Assembly: GCA_963719945.1 (NCBI GenBank)
Contig: CAVRDX010000001.1
Span: forward strand, 160,001-224,000
Length of the DNA stretch: 64,000 nucleotides
From: an uncultured Thermoplasmata archaeon
Lineage (GTDB): Archaea; Thermoplasmatota; Thermoplasmata; UBA10834
Reading direction: 5' to 3'
In this document: in pieces, positions 50,188-61,131 of the stretch
How positions within the stretch are numbered: position 1 is the stretch's first letter
Layout: the number at the start of each line of letters is the position of its first letter
Notes under the pieces: generated by a model
Told to the model about the DNA's origin: nothing
Database searches by the model: none
The model's input: only the letters and a program-made list of their open reading frames with translations
Translations under genes and position numbers: made by a program

Positions 50188-52026
50188 TCAGCCTCGGAAC
50201 ACCGGCCTTTTGGACAGCATCCTGGGAAGAGGCAGTCTGGCCTTCGGGTAGCTGCCGGACAATCTCTCGATCTCTTTCGCGAGTTCCTCTTTAGTCATCT
50301 CCTTCATCTCGCCGGATCTGAATCTGATTGGTATCTTCTCTGATGCGCGTTCCTTTTCTCCGAGCACGATTATGATCGGGATCCATTCCCTTTCGGCGTT
50401 CCTGATCTTCTTGCCGACCTTATCGTCCGTGTCGTCGATATCCACTCTTCCGGGAATGGATTCAGCCAACTTCTCGCAGTCCTCGATGAATTCCTGGCCC
50501 ACAGGCAGAATCCTCACCTGGGTTGGAGAGAGCCAGAATGGCAGGCTCGGCTTCTCGTGCTTGAGTGCCTCCTCGAGGAGCACGTAGATCCACCTCTCTA
50601 TTGAGCCGATGGACGAATGGCATATGATGCACCCTTTCTTCTTGCCCTCGTCATCCGTGTACACGATTCCGTATCTCTCCGCATCTGCGACATCCAATTG
50701 GACCGTGCTTAGCTGGACGGCACCTCCGACAGAATCGATCCCCTGGAATTCATGCTTGACCGCCCAGTAGTGCTTCATCTCCGAGAGCACTTCGATCAGA
50801 GCGGGTTTATTTGAATACTTCAGCAGTTCGATTATGTGTTCCTTGTACTTGTCGTAGAACTCCTTGACCACTCGGAACGCCACTGCGTATTCGACACCTG
50901 TTCCGTCCGCTAGGTCCGCGTAGTTCCTGTACAGGAGCATGTACTCCTTCCAACCCTCGTCGATGTCCTTTACGAAGCAATGAATATCCGGCATGTGGAA
51001 CGCTCTCAGGCGCTTGAGGCCTGTGAGCTCGCCCCTCTGCTCCAGCCGGAAACTCTTCGAGAACTCGTATATCCTCAGTGGGAGGTTCTTGTAGCTGACA
51101 GTCGCCCCCTTCATCATCCTGAACAATCCGAAATCGCCAGCGAATCTGAGCACGAACTCTCTCTTCTCATCAGTCTTCAGCGTGTAATGCCGCTCATGGA
51201 ACGACATCCCCTGGCTCCGAATGTCTGGCATAGACCAATCGTATAGGATGGGCGTGTCGATCTGCATGGCGCCTACTTTATCGAGGGCGATCTGCTCCGC
51301 CCAACTCTCAAGCAGGCTGAATATGAGGTGCCCTTTCGGGAACATCCTGAAATGCCCTCGATCGCTCGCTTCCTCATAGTCAACGAGCTCCAATCTCTGC
51401 ATCGCTTTGATTGATGGGGGCTCGACACCCTTTGTCCGGCCGACCTCCTCTGATATTACAAAAGTCTTCAGAGAAGGGTATTTGTCGAGTATATGGGCGG
51501 ATTCGATATTCTCAAAATCGATCCGATGCTCCTCTCCTTCGGGCGTGAGGATGAGGAACTCGCTCCTGATCTTCTCCACGATCTCTTCTCGTGTGACCTT
51601 CTCATCGACCGAGAACTCTCTCGAAAGCTCAGATAGTGGGTGTCCCTTGCAGCTGATCTTGAACGCTTTATACCATCCGAAAGGCGATCTGTGGATATCG
51701 ATCCCTTTAGTGGCTACGGCTGCCTCGGTGGCTTTCAGCACTTCGATCGCTTTGTCCGGGGTCGCTAGGTCTGAGCTCAGATGTGCGTATGGGTAGAGCA
51801 CAACGCTCCTGGCCTCGACTTTTCCGAACACTTCGGCAATATCGTCAGCGGCTACCGATGCTATCGCTTCTGCATTATCATCTGAGGATTCGACCGTGGC
51901 GAAGACCACCAATGGCTCATCGAAGGAATGCCTTTTGGGCTGACCTTCGGCCAATTTCTCGGCCATCTTCGTCGGGTCCTTGACTTCGTATTGGAAGCTG
52001 TCTGCATGAATGAGGAGTACCCTCAT
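50188..52026 (-). CDS. thrS: Threonyl-tRNA synthetase, archaeal type with N-terminal editing domain
   Basis: LLIH.D, YPYAHLS, PFGWYKAF...CKGHPL, FR.EQ.GEL.GL.RLR.F.MPD.H, GSIER. Confidence 0.95.
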   Translation of the reverse strand: MRVLLIHADSFQYEVKDPTKMAEKLAEGQPKRHSFDEPLVVFATVESSDDNAEAIASVAADDIAEVFGKVEARSVVLYPYAHLSSDLATPDKAIEVLKATEAAVATKGIDIHRSPFGWYKAFKISCKGHPLSELSREFSVDEKVTREEIVEKIRSEFLILTPEGEEHRIDFENIESAHILDKYPSLKTFVISEEVGRTKGVEPPSIKAMQRLELVDYEEASDRGHFRMFPKGHLIFSLLESWAEQIALDKVGAMQIDTPILYDWSMPDIRSQGMSFHERHYTLKTDEKREFVLRFAGDFGLFRMMKGATVSYKNLPLRIYEFSKSFRLEQRGELTGLKRLRAFHMPDIHCFVKDIDEGWKEYMLLYRNYADLADGTGVEYAVAFRVVKEFYDKYKEHIIELLKYSNKPALIEVLSEMKHYWAVKHEFQGIDSVGGAVQLSTVQLDVADAERYGIVYTDDEGKKKGCIICHSSIGSIERWIYVLLEEALKHEKPSLPFWLSPTQVRILPVGQEFIEDCEKLAESIPGRVDIDDTDDKVGKKIRNAEREWIPIIIVLGEKERASEKIPIRFRSGEMKEMTKEELAKEIERLSGSYPKARLPLPRMLSKRPVFRG

Positions 52027-52165
52027 GGTAACCGGCGTGAAATGACTAGCTGGGTATTAAAATGATTCATTTGCCTGTGGCGACTCGCTAATCCCTAGAG
52101 AAATATTCATGCTCCTTGGCCCATACGGTATTCGTGGCGCCTTCCCCAATCAGGAGAGTAGTTCG

Positions 52166-53288
52166 TGTGGATTCGAGTGGTGATTCAGGTGCAGTGTCCC
52201 CTGTCGTGGGACCATCCAGGCAGGATGCAAGTTCCATTAATGGGTCAAATATCCGAACTCACAGAGCCGTCTGTGTCGCGCTTCCCCACGAAGGGAAACC
52301 AACGAAGATATTCGGCGATAACCCTTCCGAATTCATATCATCCCTGAAGACCGCCAGTTTGGGTTGGGTCAATTTCATGGTGGACGACCTTGGGAGGGAT
52401 GCCGCCGAGATAGCGGTGAAGTTCGGGTTCAGCGATTCGATGGTCCCCACATTGCTAAAAGGGTATCACTCTGCGTTCGAAGACAGGGATACCGAGATGG
52501 GGATCATGGTCCCCGCTGTCAAGGTGTCCAAGCTGGATGTCAGTATATTCCCTCTGCTCATACTCGTCAGGAAAGATCTTATCGTCACCATCCACAGCCG
52601 AGACATAGAGCGACTGATATTGTTCTCCCGCTATGCCGATGTATTCCTGCGGAAGCTGCCTGAGCGCATGGGCCAGCAGGATCGATTGACCATGATGCTC
52701 GTAAGGATACTCGACGAGAATAACTCTCACAATTTCGAACATCTGCGCGAGATTGAGGAGCAGGCGGATGATATGAGTGAGCTGCTCCTCGACCCGGAGT
52801 CACCCAGAATGGAGATAGGGCGCAAGATATACGAGCTCAAGCACGCCCTGATAACCTACCTGAACAGCCTGTGGCGGACGATGGATGTGCTGCATTCGCT
52901 CAGATATGGCGATGCGGAACTCATAACAGACAATCCTAAGGTTCTAGCGAAGGTCGGCCTTCTCGTTGAGGATGTCAATCGACAGATATCCCTCAGTGAG
53001 CACATGTCCGAGGTGCTCGCGTCGGGGCTGGAGGTTCTGCAGGCGCTCTACAACAACCAACTTCAGACCCTGAACAATCGCATGGCATTGACGATGACTT
53101 GGTTGACGATCCTGGGCACGGCCGTTCTGGTCCCCAATACTATTGCCACCGTGGTGGGTTCGATAGCTGGAATGGATTCCAATACTCTCATATGGTATAT
53201 CACGGTCCTATCTCTGTGCACCCTCAACGCAACCTATCTTGCATACTGGTGGGTAAAGCGGTGGGTCCACTTGCCCAAAGGTGCGTAA
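52166..53288 (+). CDS. CorA/ZntB-like divalent cation transporter with divergent signature
   Basis: CorA soluble domain, NQLQTLNNRM..TM..LTI and two C-terminal TM helices; start uncertain. Confidence 0.75.
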
Positions 53289-53324
53289 TTCCTGCCTAAC
53301 CCGTTCGCCGATACACATTTTACC

Positions 53325-53735
53325 ATGGCGAATCATAAGGTGCTGAGGATTGGAACTTTGAAGGAATTCGATGTCTACGTCCAGGATAAGCCTGGTGAGC
53401 TGGCTAAGGTCTGTGAGATCTTCGGCAACAACGGCGTCAACATCAAGGCGATATCCAGCGAACGCAGTGGTCTCAAACCGATCATACGGGTCGTGACCGA
53501 CGATGAGACCACCGCAAGTTCTGCGCTGGAAAGATCTGGCATAAGTTACGACCTCAGGGAGGTCCTATCCCTGAGGATATCCGATCGCCCTGGCGAGCTC
53601 GGAAAGATTGCCAGAAAGCTCGCAAGAGCTATGGTCAACGTAGATTCCATCTACATTCTAGGAAAGGACGACGGCATCACGGAGATGGCGTTCACCGTCG
53701 ACAACCTGCGGAAGGCTGAGCAAGCACTCCGATGA
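53325..53735 (+). CDS. Tandem ACT domain protein
   Basis: DKPGELA...GVNI and DRPGELG...VNV. Confidence 0.88.
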   Translation: MANHKVLRIGTLKEFDVYVQDKPGELAKVCEIFGNNGVNIKAISSERSGLKPIIRVVTDDETTASSALERSGISYDLREVLSLRISDRPGELGKIARKLARAMVNVDSIYILGKDDGITEMAFTVDNLRKAEQALR

Positions 53736-53776
53736 ACCATCTAGTATCTAGATGGGGCGTCTTTCTTCAATGGTTC

Positions 53777-54160
53777 CTAGTCCAGGCTCTTTCCCCTTTT
53801 GACAAGGATCTCTTCTAGGTGGTTCCTCGCATCTCTGACTTTAGCCAACTCATCATGGGTCAGATCGAGTCTCAGAACGTGTGACCATACCTTCGACAAC
53901 GCATGATATGACTCTCTGATCAATTCCAAGTCTTCATCGAAATTCTTTACTGGCTCTACCTTCTCCTCTATGATAAGGCGGTACATGGCATTCCTGCCAA
54001 TCTTATTCCTCTCTACGACATTCTTCTTCTCCAACTTCTGGAGTGCCTGGGTAGCTCCTGATTGAGTGATCCCGAGTTCTCTGGCAAGGAGGGTCGGAGA
54101 ATTGGTGCCTTTTCTGAGGATTTCTACAATGTGTCTCTCTCTATCGGTCAAATCCATCAT
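53777..54160 (-). CDS. Winged-HTH transcriptional regulator
   Basis: LTDRERHIVEIL...LARELGITQSGATQALQKLEKKNVV.R...GR...Y. Confidence 0.85.
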   Translation of the reverse strand: MMDLTDRERHIVEILRKGTNSPTLLARELGITQSGATQALQKLEKKNVVERNKIGRNAMYRLIIEEKVEPVKNFDEDLELIRESYHALSKVWSHVLRLDLTHDELAKVRDARNHLEEILVKRGKSLD

Positions 54161-54168
54161 TTCACACC

Positions 54169-54321
54169 CATAAGTGATGTATTAGCGGGTACTTATGCGA
54201 ACTTATACATGCTTATGTGTACGTCTGTGGCGAGGTAATGTATCTCCCCCAGAAATATCCTTCGCGAACGTTGCCAGGTTTTGCAACAATTTCGCTTAAA
54301 GGTTGATGCAATGCATAAGTA
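54169..54321. promoter_or_regulatory. Phased (A/G)CTTAT repeats, probable operator array
   Basis: ACTTATG 54191, ACTTATA 54201, GCTTATG 54211; inverted copies at 54169-54175 and 54313-54321. Confidence 0.55.
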
Positions 54322-54460
54322 ATGTCCGCAACACCTTCGCATGATTCGACAAGGTGGATTCGGCCGACTGTTGAAGCTATGATTCTCTATGAAATCGACC
54401 GAAACATCTCTAAGAAACTGTGAAAATGGTTTGTTTCTAGCCTTTGCGAGTGGTATTCGA

Positions 54461-55927
54461 TTAAGATCTCTCTTCGGGGAGCGTTTCCTCCGTCTTTTCG
54501 ACGCTCGCTGATTCTGGATTCTTCGCCTTCTTTATCGAACCCGGGATCAAAATGTTCATGAACTTCTCGAAGTACATCTTCTCACTGGCTACTCCCTCTC
54601 GTTCCGTCTCAAGATTGGCCATAGCACTTATCGATTCCGAACCAAGGCCAAACGACTCCATCCTGAGCTTATCCAGGTCATTTGAAAGCACTCTCTCATG
54701 TTCCTCTAATTTGACCCCTATTCGCTCCATCGCTATGCTCCTGAGCATATTCTCGAGGAAGTTGATCTGCTCCTCCTTGGTCCTCATGGATTGGAGCATC
54801 TTTGCTGCCTCCTCCCTGAAGTCGAGCCTCGCGCTTGCGTGCTCTTCGTCCGTCTTGGACGCCCATAGCAGCGGGTGTTCCGGGGAGTTGAAAGTCACCT
54901 TCTCAGGCATTAGCGAATCGACCGATATCTTCGTCGCAGCATCTCCTGATGAGTGATAGATAGCGTAGAAGCTCATCCTTTCCAGGAAGTTGACCTCAAG
55001 GAACTCCTTCCTGTTCTTCTCGACAATCGTGGGGTTCTGCTTCTGTAGCTCCTCCAGAACCATAACTGGCGTCGCATTCGGCTTAACGGTGTCGGTGAAG
55101 TATCTTGACGCACCCATTATGCACTTGAGTGGTTCATAGGATCGTGTCATCCAGAATGACGGCGGAAAGTTTGTCCATGATTTCCTCTTGCTAGGCTCGT
55201 CCTCCTTCTTTACCTTCAACTTAGAGAACGAGAATGTCGAGAATTGGTACCTTATCTTGCCATCTATGGTCTCTAGCACCCCTGATGGAATACCCTCCTT
55301 CGCGACAATCCTATCTGCCCAGAACCCCAGGTCAGTTCGAAGCTTCGGACGAGTCACTGCCCCCTGCTGGTTGATGTAGTTGAGTATTTTCCTCCTCGTA
55401 GGGGTTATCAACCAACTCATCCAAAGTGTGAATGATTTGGGCGAGTCGATGTAAGGGACAGGCAGGATCGTATGGTCGGCAGCCGTGCCCCATGCTGGCA
55501 ACACCGCATGGCCTGGAGTATGGGTCACTGTCCGATCCAGGTGTGCTGTGAGCGCGACGCTTTCTTCGTCATCTACATTCTCCCTTATCGGGGCAGGGTC
55601 TATCTTGAGATCCGAGTTGAGGAAGTAGTAATTCTGGCGCTTCGAAGTGATTGGTATCAATACTCCGCAGTTCACGCCTTTGGCGAGCAGAGTCCTCATC
55701 TGCACATTGGATTTGTCCTTCAGCGACCGGGTCTGAGCGCTGAGCGATATCCTCCTCATAGAATCGGTGAGCGGACTCCTCTCGATCTCTCTGCGCGTGA
55801 GCGGCTGCTTGTGCAGCAGAGTGTAAACTACCGCTCTCGATACATTGTTCGTGAGGAACTCCCCGATTTCTTCCGTCTTGTCTTTAGAAATTGGCGTTAT
55901 TTGCGGTGGCATCCCATCCTCCCTCAT
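54461..55927 (-). CDS. Hypothetical protein with two wHTH-like segments and a C-terminal coiled coil
   Basis: SRAVVYTLLHKQPLTRREI and TRRKILNYINQQGAVTRPKL; 488 aa. Confidence 0.7.
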   Translation of the reverse strand: MREDGMPPQITPISKDKTEEIGEFLTNNVSRAVVYTLLHKQPLTRREIERSPLTDSMRRISLSAQTRSLKDKSNVQMRTLLAKGVNCGVLIPITSKRQNYYFLNSDLKIDPAPIRENVDDEESVALTAHLDRTVTHTPGHAVLPAWGTAADHTILPVPYIDSPKSFTLWMSWLITPTRRKILNYINQQGAVTRPKLRTDLGFWADRIVAKEGIPSGVLETIDGKIRYQFSTFSFSKLKVKKEDEPSKRKSWTNFPPSFWMTRSYEPLKCIMGASRYFTDTVKPNATPVMVLEELQKQNPTIVEKNRKEFLEVNFLERMSFYAIYHSSGDAATKISVDSLMPEKVTFNSPEHPLLWASKTDEEHASARLDFREEAAKMLQSMRTKEEQINFLENMLRSIAMERIGVKLEEHERVLSNDLDKLRMESFGLGSESISAMANLETEREGVASEKMYFEKFMNILIPGSIKKAKNPESASVEKTEETLPEERS

Positions 55928-56091
55928 CTGCCCTTTTTACTTCAAATCTGTTTATAATTACTTATAACTATGCTCAGAAAAGCTCCGAGACATAGGTGCT
56001 GATGCATGATTGGTGTGCGAATGGCTGTCCGTGGAAGAGTATTTTACGGATTCTCACCTTCTAGATGTGTGAGGGGATATGTTTGGTGGGC

Positions 56092-56544
56092 ATGGCGGAA
56101 GTAGAGAGCGCAGTCGCTCGAGCTAAAGAGTTGATGTCTGCAAACGGACAGGAATGCAGCGCGACCGCGAGTGATGTTGCACGATACTTCGAAGTCTACC
56201 CTTATGAAGCTGACATGACCCTGGACATGATTATCAAGTTCCCACTCCTTGTGGTACATGAACTGGCCGAGATCGAAGAGCTTAAGAAATCCGGCATCAG
56301 ACTCGACAGAGATTCCATTCTCAATAATCCTATCAAGGTTGAGGAAGCTCATTACAAGGCAGCGACCCTGGAGCTGAATATGGCCTATTCTCTGAGGGAC
56401 TGCAATCACGTCAAGATGAGGCTTGGGGTCATTCGCTCATGGCTTCTCGACGATCGGATCGATAATGGTTACAAAGCGCTCTATGCTGAGCTATATGCCC
56501 GAGTGATATCGATATTGGATGAGCTGACAGGTCCGAATCTATGA
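56092..56544 (+). CDS. Hypothetical HExxE protein, paralog of 379-837
   Basis: End-to-end alignment with 379-837. Confidence 0.8.
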   Translation: MAEVESAVARAKELMSANGQECSATASDVARYFEVYPYEADMTLDMIIKFPLLVVHELAEIEELKKSGIRLDRDSILNNPIKVEEAHYKAATLELNMAYSLRDCNHVKMRLGVIRSWLLDDRIDNGYKALYAELYARVISILDELTGPNL

Positions 56545-56585
56545 TTGGGAATCAGAGTCTCCTGTTCATTGTTCGGGGATATCGG

Positions 56586-57704
56586 CTACTGGTTCTTCAG
56601 CCTGCTAATGATGGCCTCTCCCATGGCAGTGGTCGACATCTTGCCACCCACATCCGCGGTCCTGTGTTTTCCATCGCCCAAGACACTCATGACAGCTGAT
56701 TCCGTCTCATGAGCAGCATCCTTGTACCCCAGAGTATCCAACATCAGGGCCGATGAGAGGATTGCTCCGACTGGGTTGGCGAGGCCTTTTCCCGCGATAT
56801 CTGGAGCTGAACCGTGGACAGGCTCGAACATGCTCACACCGCTCGGGTTGATGTTCCCCGATGGCGCAAACCCTAGTCCTCCCTGCAGAGCTGCTCCCAG
56901 ATCCGTGAGGATGTCTCCGAACAGGTTGGGTGTGACAAGGACCTTGAATCTCTCAGGGTTCCTCACCATGTGAAGTGCAACCGCATCGACATACTGGAAC
57001 TCCTTCTCAATCCCGTAGATGTTCGATGCTTTCTCCACCTCTTCTCTCCAGAGCCCGTAGACCTCTGTGAGGACATTCGCCTTGTCGACGGAGGTCACGA
57101 GGTCGAGACCTTTCTTCTTCGCGAAATCGAACGCGTAGTCGATCACGCGCCTCGCACCTTGCCTGGTGATGATCCCTATCTGATATGCCATCTCGTCTGC
57201 ATCCTTGAGGTCGATTCCTATGTCGAACTTGACCTCATAGGCCTTTCTGATGAGATTGAGCTGCTCTCTCGAAGATCCCGTCTTGACCCGGCTGCCCAGA
57301 CCGACATAGAAATCCTCGGTGTTCTCCCGGATGAAGTACATGTCTATCCTCTTATCTCCAGCCAATGCGGTAGGCACTCCCTGGAACAGCTTCACCGGTC
57401 TGAGGTTGACATACTGGTCGAAATGGAATCTGAGTCTGAGCAGAATGCCTTTCTCAAGCACACCTGGTTTTACTCGAGGGTCACCCATCGCGCCAAGCAG
57501 GATGGACTCCTTCTCCTCCAATCTGGATATGGTTTCGTCTGAGAGCACCTCTCCAGTCTTCAGGTAGTGCGCCGCCCCCAAAGGGAACTCTTCGAAATCG
57601 AGCTGGATGCCATTTCTTTCGCAGACGACATCCAAGACCTTGCGCGCTTCCCTGACTACCTCTGGTCCTATCCCATCTCCTGGAATCACTCCGATCTTGT
57701 GCAA
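56586..57704 (-). CDS. leuB: 3-isopropylmalate dehydrogenase
   Basis: GDGIGPEV, RENTE, VDKANVL, NLFGDILTD, EPVHGSAPDIAG. Confidence 0.9.
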   Translation of the reverse strand: MHKIGVIPGDGIGPEVVREARKVLDVVCERNGIQLDFEEFPLGAAHYLKTGEVLSDETISRLEEKESILLGAMGDPRVKPGVLEKGILLRLRFHFDQYVNLRPVKLFQGVPTALAGDKRIDMYFIRENTEDFYVGLGSRVKTGSSREQLNLIRKAYEVKFDIGIDLKDADEMAYQIGIITRQGARRVIDYAFDFAKKKGLDLVTSVDKANVLTEVYGLWREEVEKASNIYGIEKEFQYVDAVALHMVRNPERFKVLVTPNLFGDILTDLGAALQGGLGFAPSGNINPSGVSMFEPVHGSAPDIAGKGLANPVGAILSSALMLDTLGYKDAAHETESAVMSVLGDGKHRTADVGGKMSTTAMGEAIISRLKNQ

Positions 57705-58189
57705 CCCAATCTCTCCTTGGTGTAGGGTACTAGACCCCCTTTCTCCATAAGCATCATCACGAAAGGCGGATAGCTGGCGAATGTGGTCTCCTTTCCGGAG
57801 CTGTGGTTCCTGGCGACACCCTTTGATAAATCCACCTCGACGTCATCTCCCTGGTCGACCTCCAGCTTCGCCTCGATGACTGGTAACCCTATGTTGATCG
57901 CGTTTCTGAAGAATATCCTGGCAAATGATTCTGCGACGACGCAGGACACCCCTGCCCCTATCAATGCTCTGGGGGCATGCTCTCGACTCGAACCGCACCC
58001 GAAGTTCCTTCCGGCCACTATCACATCGCCTTCCTTCACGTTGGCGGAGAATTCCGGCATGACCTTCACGAATGCGTACTTGGCAAGCTCAGCGCTGTTC
58101 ATCGTGACGAGATACTCGGCGGGTATGATCTGATCAGTATCTACATTGTCCCCGAACACCCATGCCTTCCCGGCGAAATGCGATTTCAT
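57686..58189 (-). CDS. leuD: 3-isopropylmalate dehydratase small subunit
   Basis: DNVDTDQIIP, NFGCGSSREHA, SFARIFFRN. Confidence 0.92.
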   Translation of the reverse strand: MKSHFAGKAWVFGDNVDTDQIIPAEYLVTMNSAELAKYAFVKVMPEFSANVKEGDVIVAGRNFGCGSSREHAPRALIGAGVSCVVAESFARIFFRNAINIGLPVIEAKLEVDQGDDVEVDLSKGVARNHSSGKETTFASYPPFVMMLMEKGGLVPYTKERLGCTRSE

Positions 58190-59439
58190 CCAGTCACCTC
58201 AGATGGGTCGACTATTCTCCCAGCAACTGCGCTCGCCGCGACGACTGCGGGACCCGCAAGGTAGACCTCAGATTCTTTGTGCCCCATTCTGCCAACGAAG
58301 TTCCTGTTCGTCGTGCTGACGCATCTTTCCCCTGGAGCGAGCACACCCATGTAGCCTCCGAGACATGCACCGCATGTCGGGCCGGATATGAACGCACCCG
58401 CATCGGAGAATATCTTGAACAGCCCTTCTTCCATCGCCTTGTCGAAGACTTCCTTGCTCGCAGGCACTACGATCATCCTGACTCCTTCGTGTACCTTCTT
58501 CCCTTTCAGTATCGCGGCCGCGACTCTGAGATCCTCTATCCTTCCGTTCGTACATGATCCCAGATACGCCTGGTCAATGGCAACTCCGACCTCGCTCGCA
58601 GGTGCCACATTGCTGGGCAGGAACGGTTTCGCGACCACTGGGACGATGTCTTTCGCATCGTACTTCCTGATATCCGAATACTCGGCATCCTTGTCCGCGA
58701 AGACCTTTTCATAACTGCCTCTGACACGGCCCTTCAGATAGTCATCCACCTTCGCGTCAGGTGGTATCATGCATGCCTTTGCTCCCGCTTCTATGCCCAT
58801 GTTGGATATCGTGACCCTTTCAGAGACGGGCAATGCGAAGATAGTGTCACCGACGACTTCCATCGATTGATAGAGTGCGCCTTCGACCCCGATGTCTCCT
58901 ATGATTGTGAGTATTATGTCCTTTCCAGACACATGCTTTCCAAGCTGTCCGTCTACTTCGAACTTCATCGATTCTGGCACTTTGAACCATAGGGCGCCTC
59001 TCGCGAACACCGTTGCGGCCTCAGTGCTTCCGATCCCTGTGGCGAATGCGCCCATCGCTCCGTATGAGCACGTATGCGAATCGGCTCCGACTATCAGCCT
59101 TCCAGGTGCAACGAACCCCTTCTCGATCATCAGTTGGTGGCAGACGCCGCTGGACCCTATTTCGAAGTAGTTGCGTATCTTGTACTTGGATGCGAAATCC
59201 CTCATCTTCTTCGCCTGGATCGCAGATGCCACGTCCTTGTTCGGAACGTAGTGGTCCGGGATCAGAACCATCTTCTTCTCCAGCGGGGGTGTGCAGAACC
59301 CCTCGAACTCATCGAACGCAGCTGGAGCCGTGATGTCATTCACCATCACATAGTCGACCTCTGCTTCGATGATCTCTCCTGCGCGGACGTCCTTTTGAGC
59401 CTTCGTTGACAATATCTTCTCAGCTATGGTCTTTCCCAA
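58186..59439 (-). CDS. leuC: 3-isopropylmalate dehydratase large subunit
   Basis: TIAEKIL, DSHT, GSCTNGR, CGACLG, TNRNF.GR; likely TTG start at 59439. Confidence 0.93.
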   Translation of the reverse strand: MGKTIAEKILSTKAQKDVRAGEIIEAEVDYVMVNDITAPAAFDEFEGFCTPPLEKKMVLIPDHYVPNKDVASAIQAKKMRDFASKYKIRNYFEIGSSGVCHQLMIEKGFVAPGRLIVGADSHTCSYGAMGAFATGIGSTEAATVFARGALWFKVPESMKFEVDGQLGKHVSGKDIILTIIGDIGVEGALYQSMEVVGDTIFALPVSERVTISNMGIEAGAKACMIPPDAKVDDYLKGRVRGSYEKVFADKDAEYSDIRKYDAKDIVPVVAKPFLPSNVAPASEVGVAIDQAYLGSCTNGRIEDLRVAAAILKGKKVHEGVRMIVVPASKEVFDKAMEEGLFKIFSDAGAFISGPTCGACLGGYMGVLAPGERCVSTTNRNFVGRMGHKESEVYLAGPAVVAASAVAGRIVDPSEVTG

Positions 59440-59455
59440 TGCCACGCACCCCTCT

Positions 59456-61096
59456 TCAGTATGCCTTCCTCTTGACTTTTCCGCCGTTTGCGCCAAGCTT
59501 GTGCATCCAGAGCCTGTTCAATGCTTCCACGGTGGCGTCAACGCTCGTCGTCACTATGTCCGAACCGACGCTCTTTCCGAGTGCGAGGAGTTGAGAATCC
59601 TCACAGTCTCCGAGCTTCACAGTGACCTCACAGAGTGCGTTAGACCCGCCAGTTATCGCTTCGAGCCTATATTGCTTCAGCACGATGTTCTTCGATACAG
59701 CTGTCCTTATCGCGCTCAGGCTCGCATCTATCGGGCCAACGCCGGTCTCCGAAGCCCGCCTGACCTCTCCATCTATGTTGAGGACGACCGTGGCCGTGGG
59801 TGTGAAGTTCAGTCCCGTGAAGACTGTGAATTCCTCGAGCCTTATCACAGGCTCCTTCTCCTCACTTATCTCGTCATAGGCGACTGCGAGCAATTCCGCA
59901 TCATCCAGCTTCTTCCCGGACTCTGCGTACTTCTTTATCCTCGCGACCACTTCTTTGAGCTGGTCTCCGGTGAGGTCGAGTCCATATTCCTTCAGTTTGT
60001 TCTGGACCGCGTGGACTCCGGAGTGCTTGCCGACTACGAACACCCTCTCCTTGCCGACGATCTCAGGTCTCATTGGCTCGTATGTTGAGCACTCGCTAAG
60101 CACCCCGTGAACATGTATTCCCGCTTCGTGTGAGAATGCGTTCTCGCCGACGATGGCCTTGTTCGGTTGGACAGGTATCGCAGTGAGCTGTGACACCAGT
60201 CTCGACACGAAAGCCATCTTCCTGGTGTTGATCCGGGTCTTTATCCCGTAGAACGCCTGAAGTCCCATCACGACCTCCTCGAGGGCTGCGTTTCCAGCAC
60301 GCTCTCCAAGGCCGTTTATCGTACAGTGGACCTCCTCCGCACCCCCGAGTATGCCCGCCAGGGAGTTGGCGACTGAGAGTCCGAAATCATCATGGCAGTG
60401 CACTGCGAGAGGTACCTTAGTCGTCTTCTTGATCTCAGCGACGAACTGCATCATCGCTTGCGGAGTCATGACTCCGACGGTATCTGGGATGTCGATCCTG
60501 TCGACGCCTACCGCCTCGATCGCTTTGTGTACGGTGTTGAGGAATTCGAGGTCTGTCCGCGTGCCATCCTCGCAGCTGAATTCGACTATGAACCCGTGGT
60601 CTTTTCCATATTGGACTGCGGTCACAGCCTTTTCAACGGCCTCCTCCCTGGATATCTTGAGCTTCTTCTCCAGGTGCACCTTGGAGGTCGCAAGGAAAAT
60701 ATGGATAGAATCGACATCACACGCCAATGCGGCATCTATGTCCGGCTTGCCCGCGCGACAGAGTCCGCAGATCTCGCTCTTGAGTCCCGCCGCTGCGATC
60801 TTCTTCACAGCCTCGGCTTCGCCCTCTGAGTTGACTGGGAAGCCGGCTTCGATTATGTCCACTCCCAGTTCATCCAAGGCCTGTGCGATCTTGAGCTTGT
60901 CGTCGATTGATAGCGCCACATTGGGCGTCTGCTCGCCATCTCTCAGGGTAGTGTCCAGAATCTTCACAGTCTCGGGCATCCTGGTTGCCTGAAAGATCTG
61001 CTTATTGTATTCACTGACGAAGACCCCTTTGTCTGGGACCTTGAACACGCCGACTTCTTCTTGTTTAGCACTCTCACTCGGAGCTTGTGTGGGCAT
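59456..61096 (-). CDS. leuA: 2-isopropylmalate synthase (LeuA/CimA family) with C-terminal regulatory domain
   Basis: DTTLRDGEQ, HCHDDFG, GLGERAGN, HEAGIH, GVGPIDA. ATG at 61096 after GGAGAG. Citramalate synthase cannot be excluded. Confidence 0.85.
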   Translation of the reverse strand: MPTQAPSESAKQEEVGVFKVPDKGVFVSEYNKQIFQATRMPETVKILDTTLRDGEQTPNVALSIDDKLKIAQALDELGVDIIEAGFPVNSEGEAEAVKKIAAAGLKSEICGLCRAGKPDIDAALACDVDSIHIFLATSKVHLEKKLKISREEAVEKAVTAVQYGKDHGFIVEFSCEDGTRTDLEFLNTVHKAIEAVGVDRIDIPDTVGVMTPQAMMQFVAEIKKTTKVPLAVHCHDDFGLSVANSLAGILGGAEEVHCTINGLGERAGNAALEEVVMGLQAFYGIKTRINTRKMAFVSRLVSQLTAIPVQPNKAIVGENAFSHEAGIHVHGVLSECSTYEPMRPEIVGKERVFVVGKHSGVHAVQNKLKEYGLDLTGDQLKEVVARIKKYAESGKKLDDAELLAVAYDEISEEKEPVIRLEEFTVFTGLNFTPTATVVLNIDGEVRRASETGVGPIDASLSAIRTAVSKNIVLKQYRLEAITGGSNALCEVTVKLGDCEDSQLLALGKSVGSDIVTTSVDATVEALNRLWMHKLGANGGKVKRKAY

Positions 61097-61131
61097 CAAA
61101 ACACTCTCCAAAAAATCCTACACTGCAGCAT

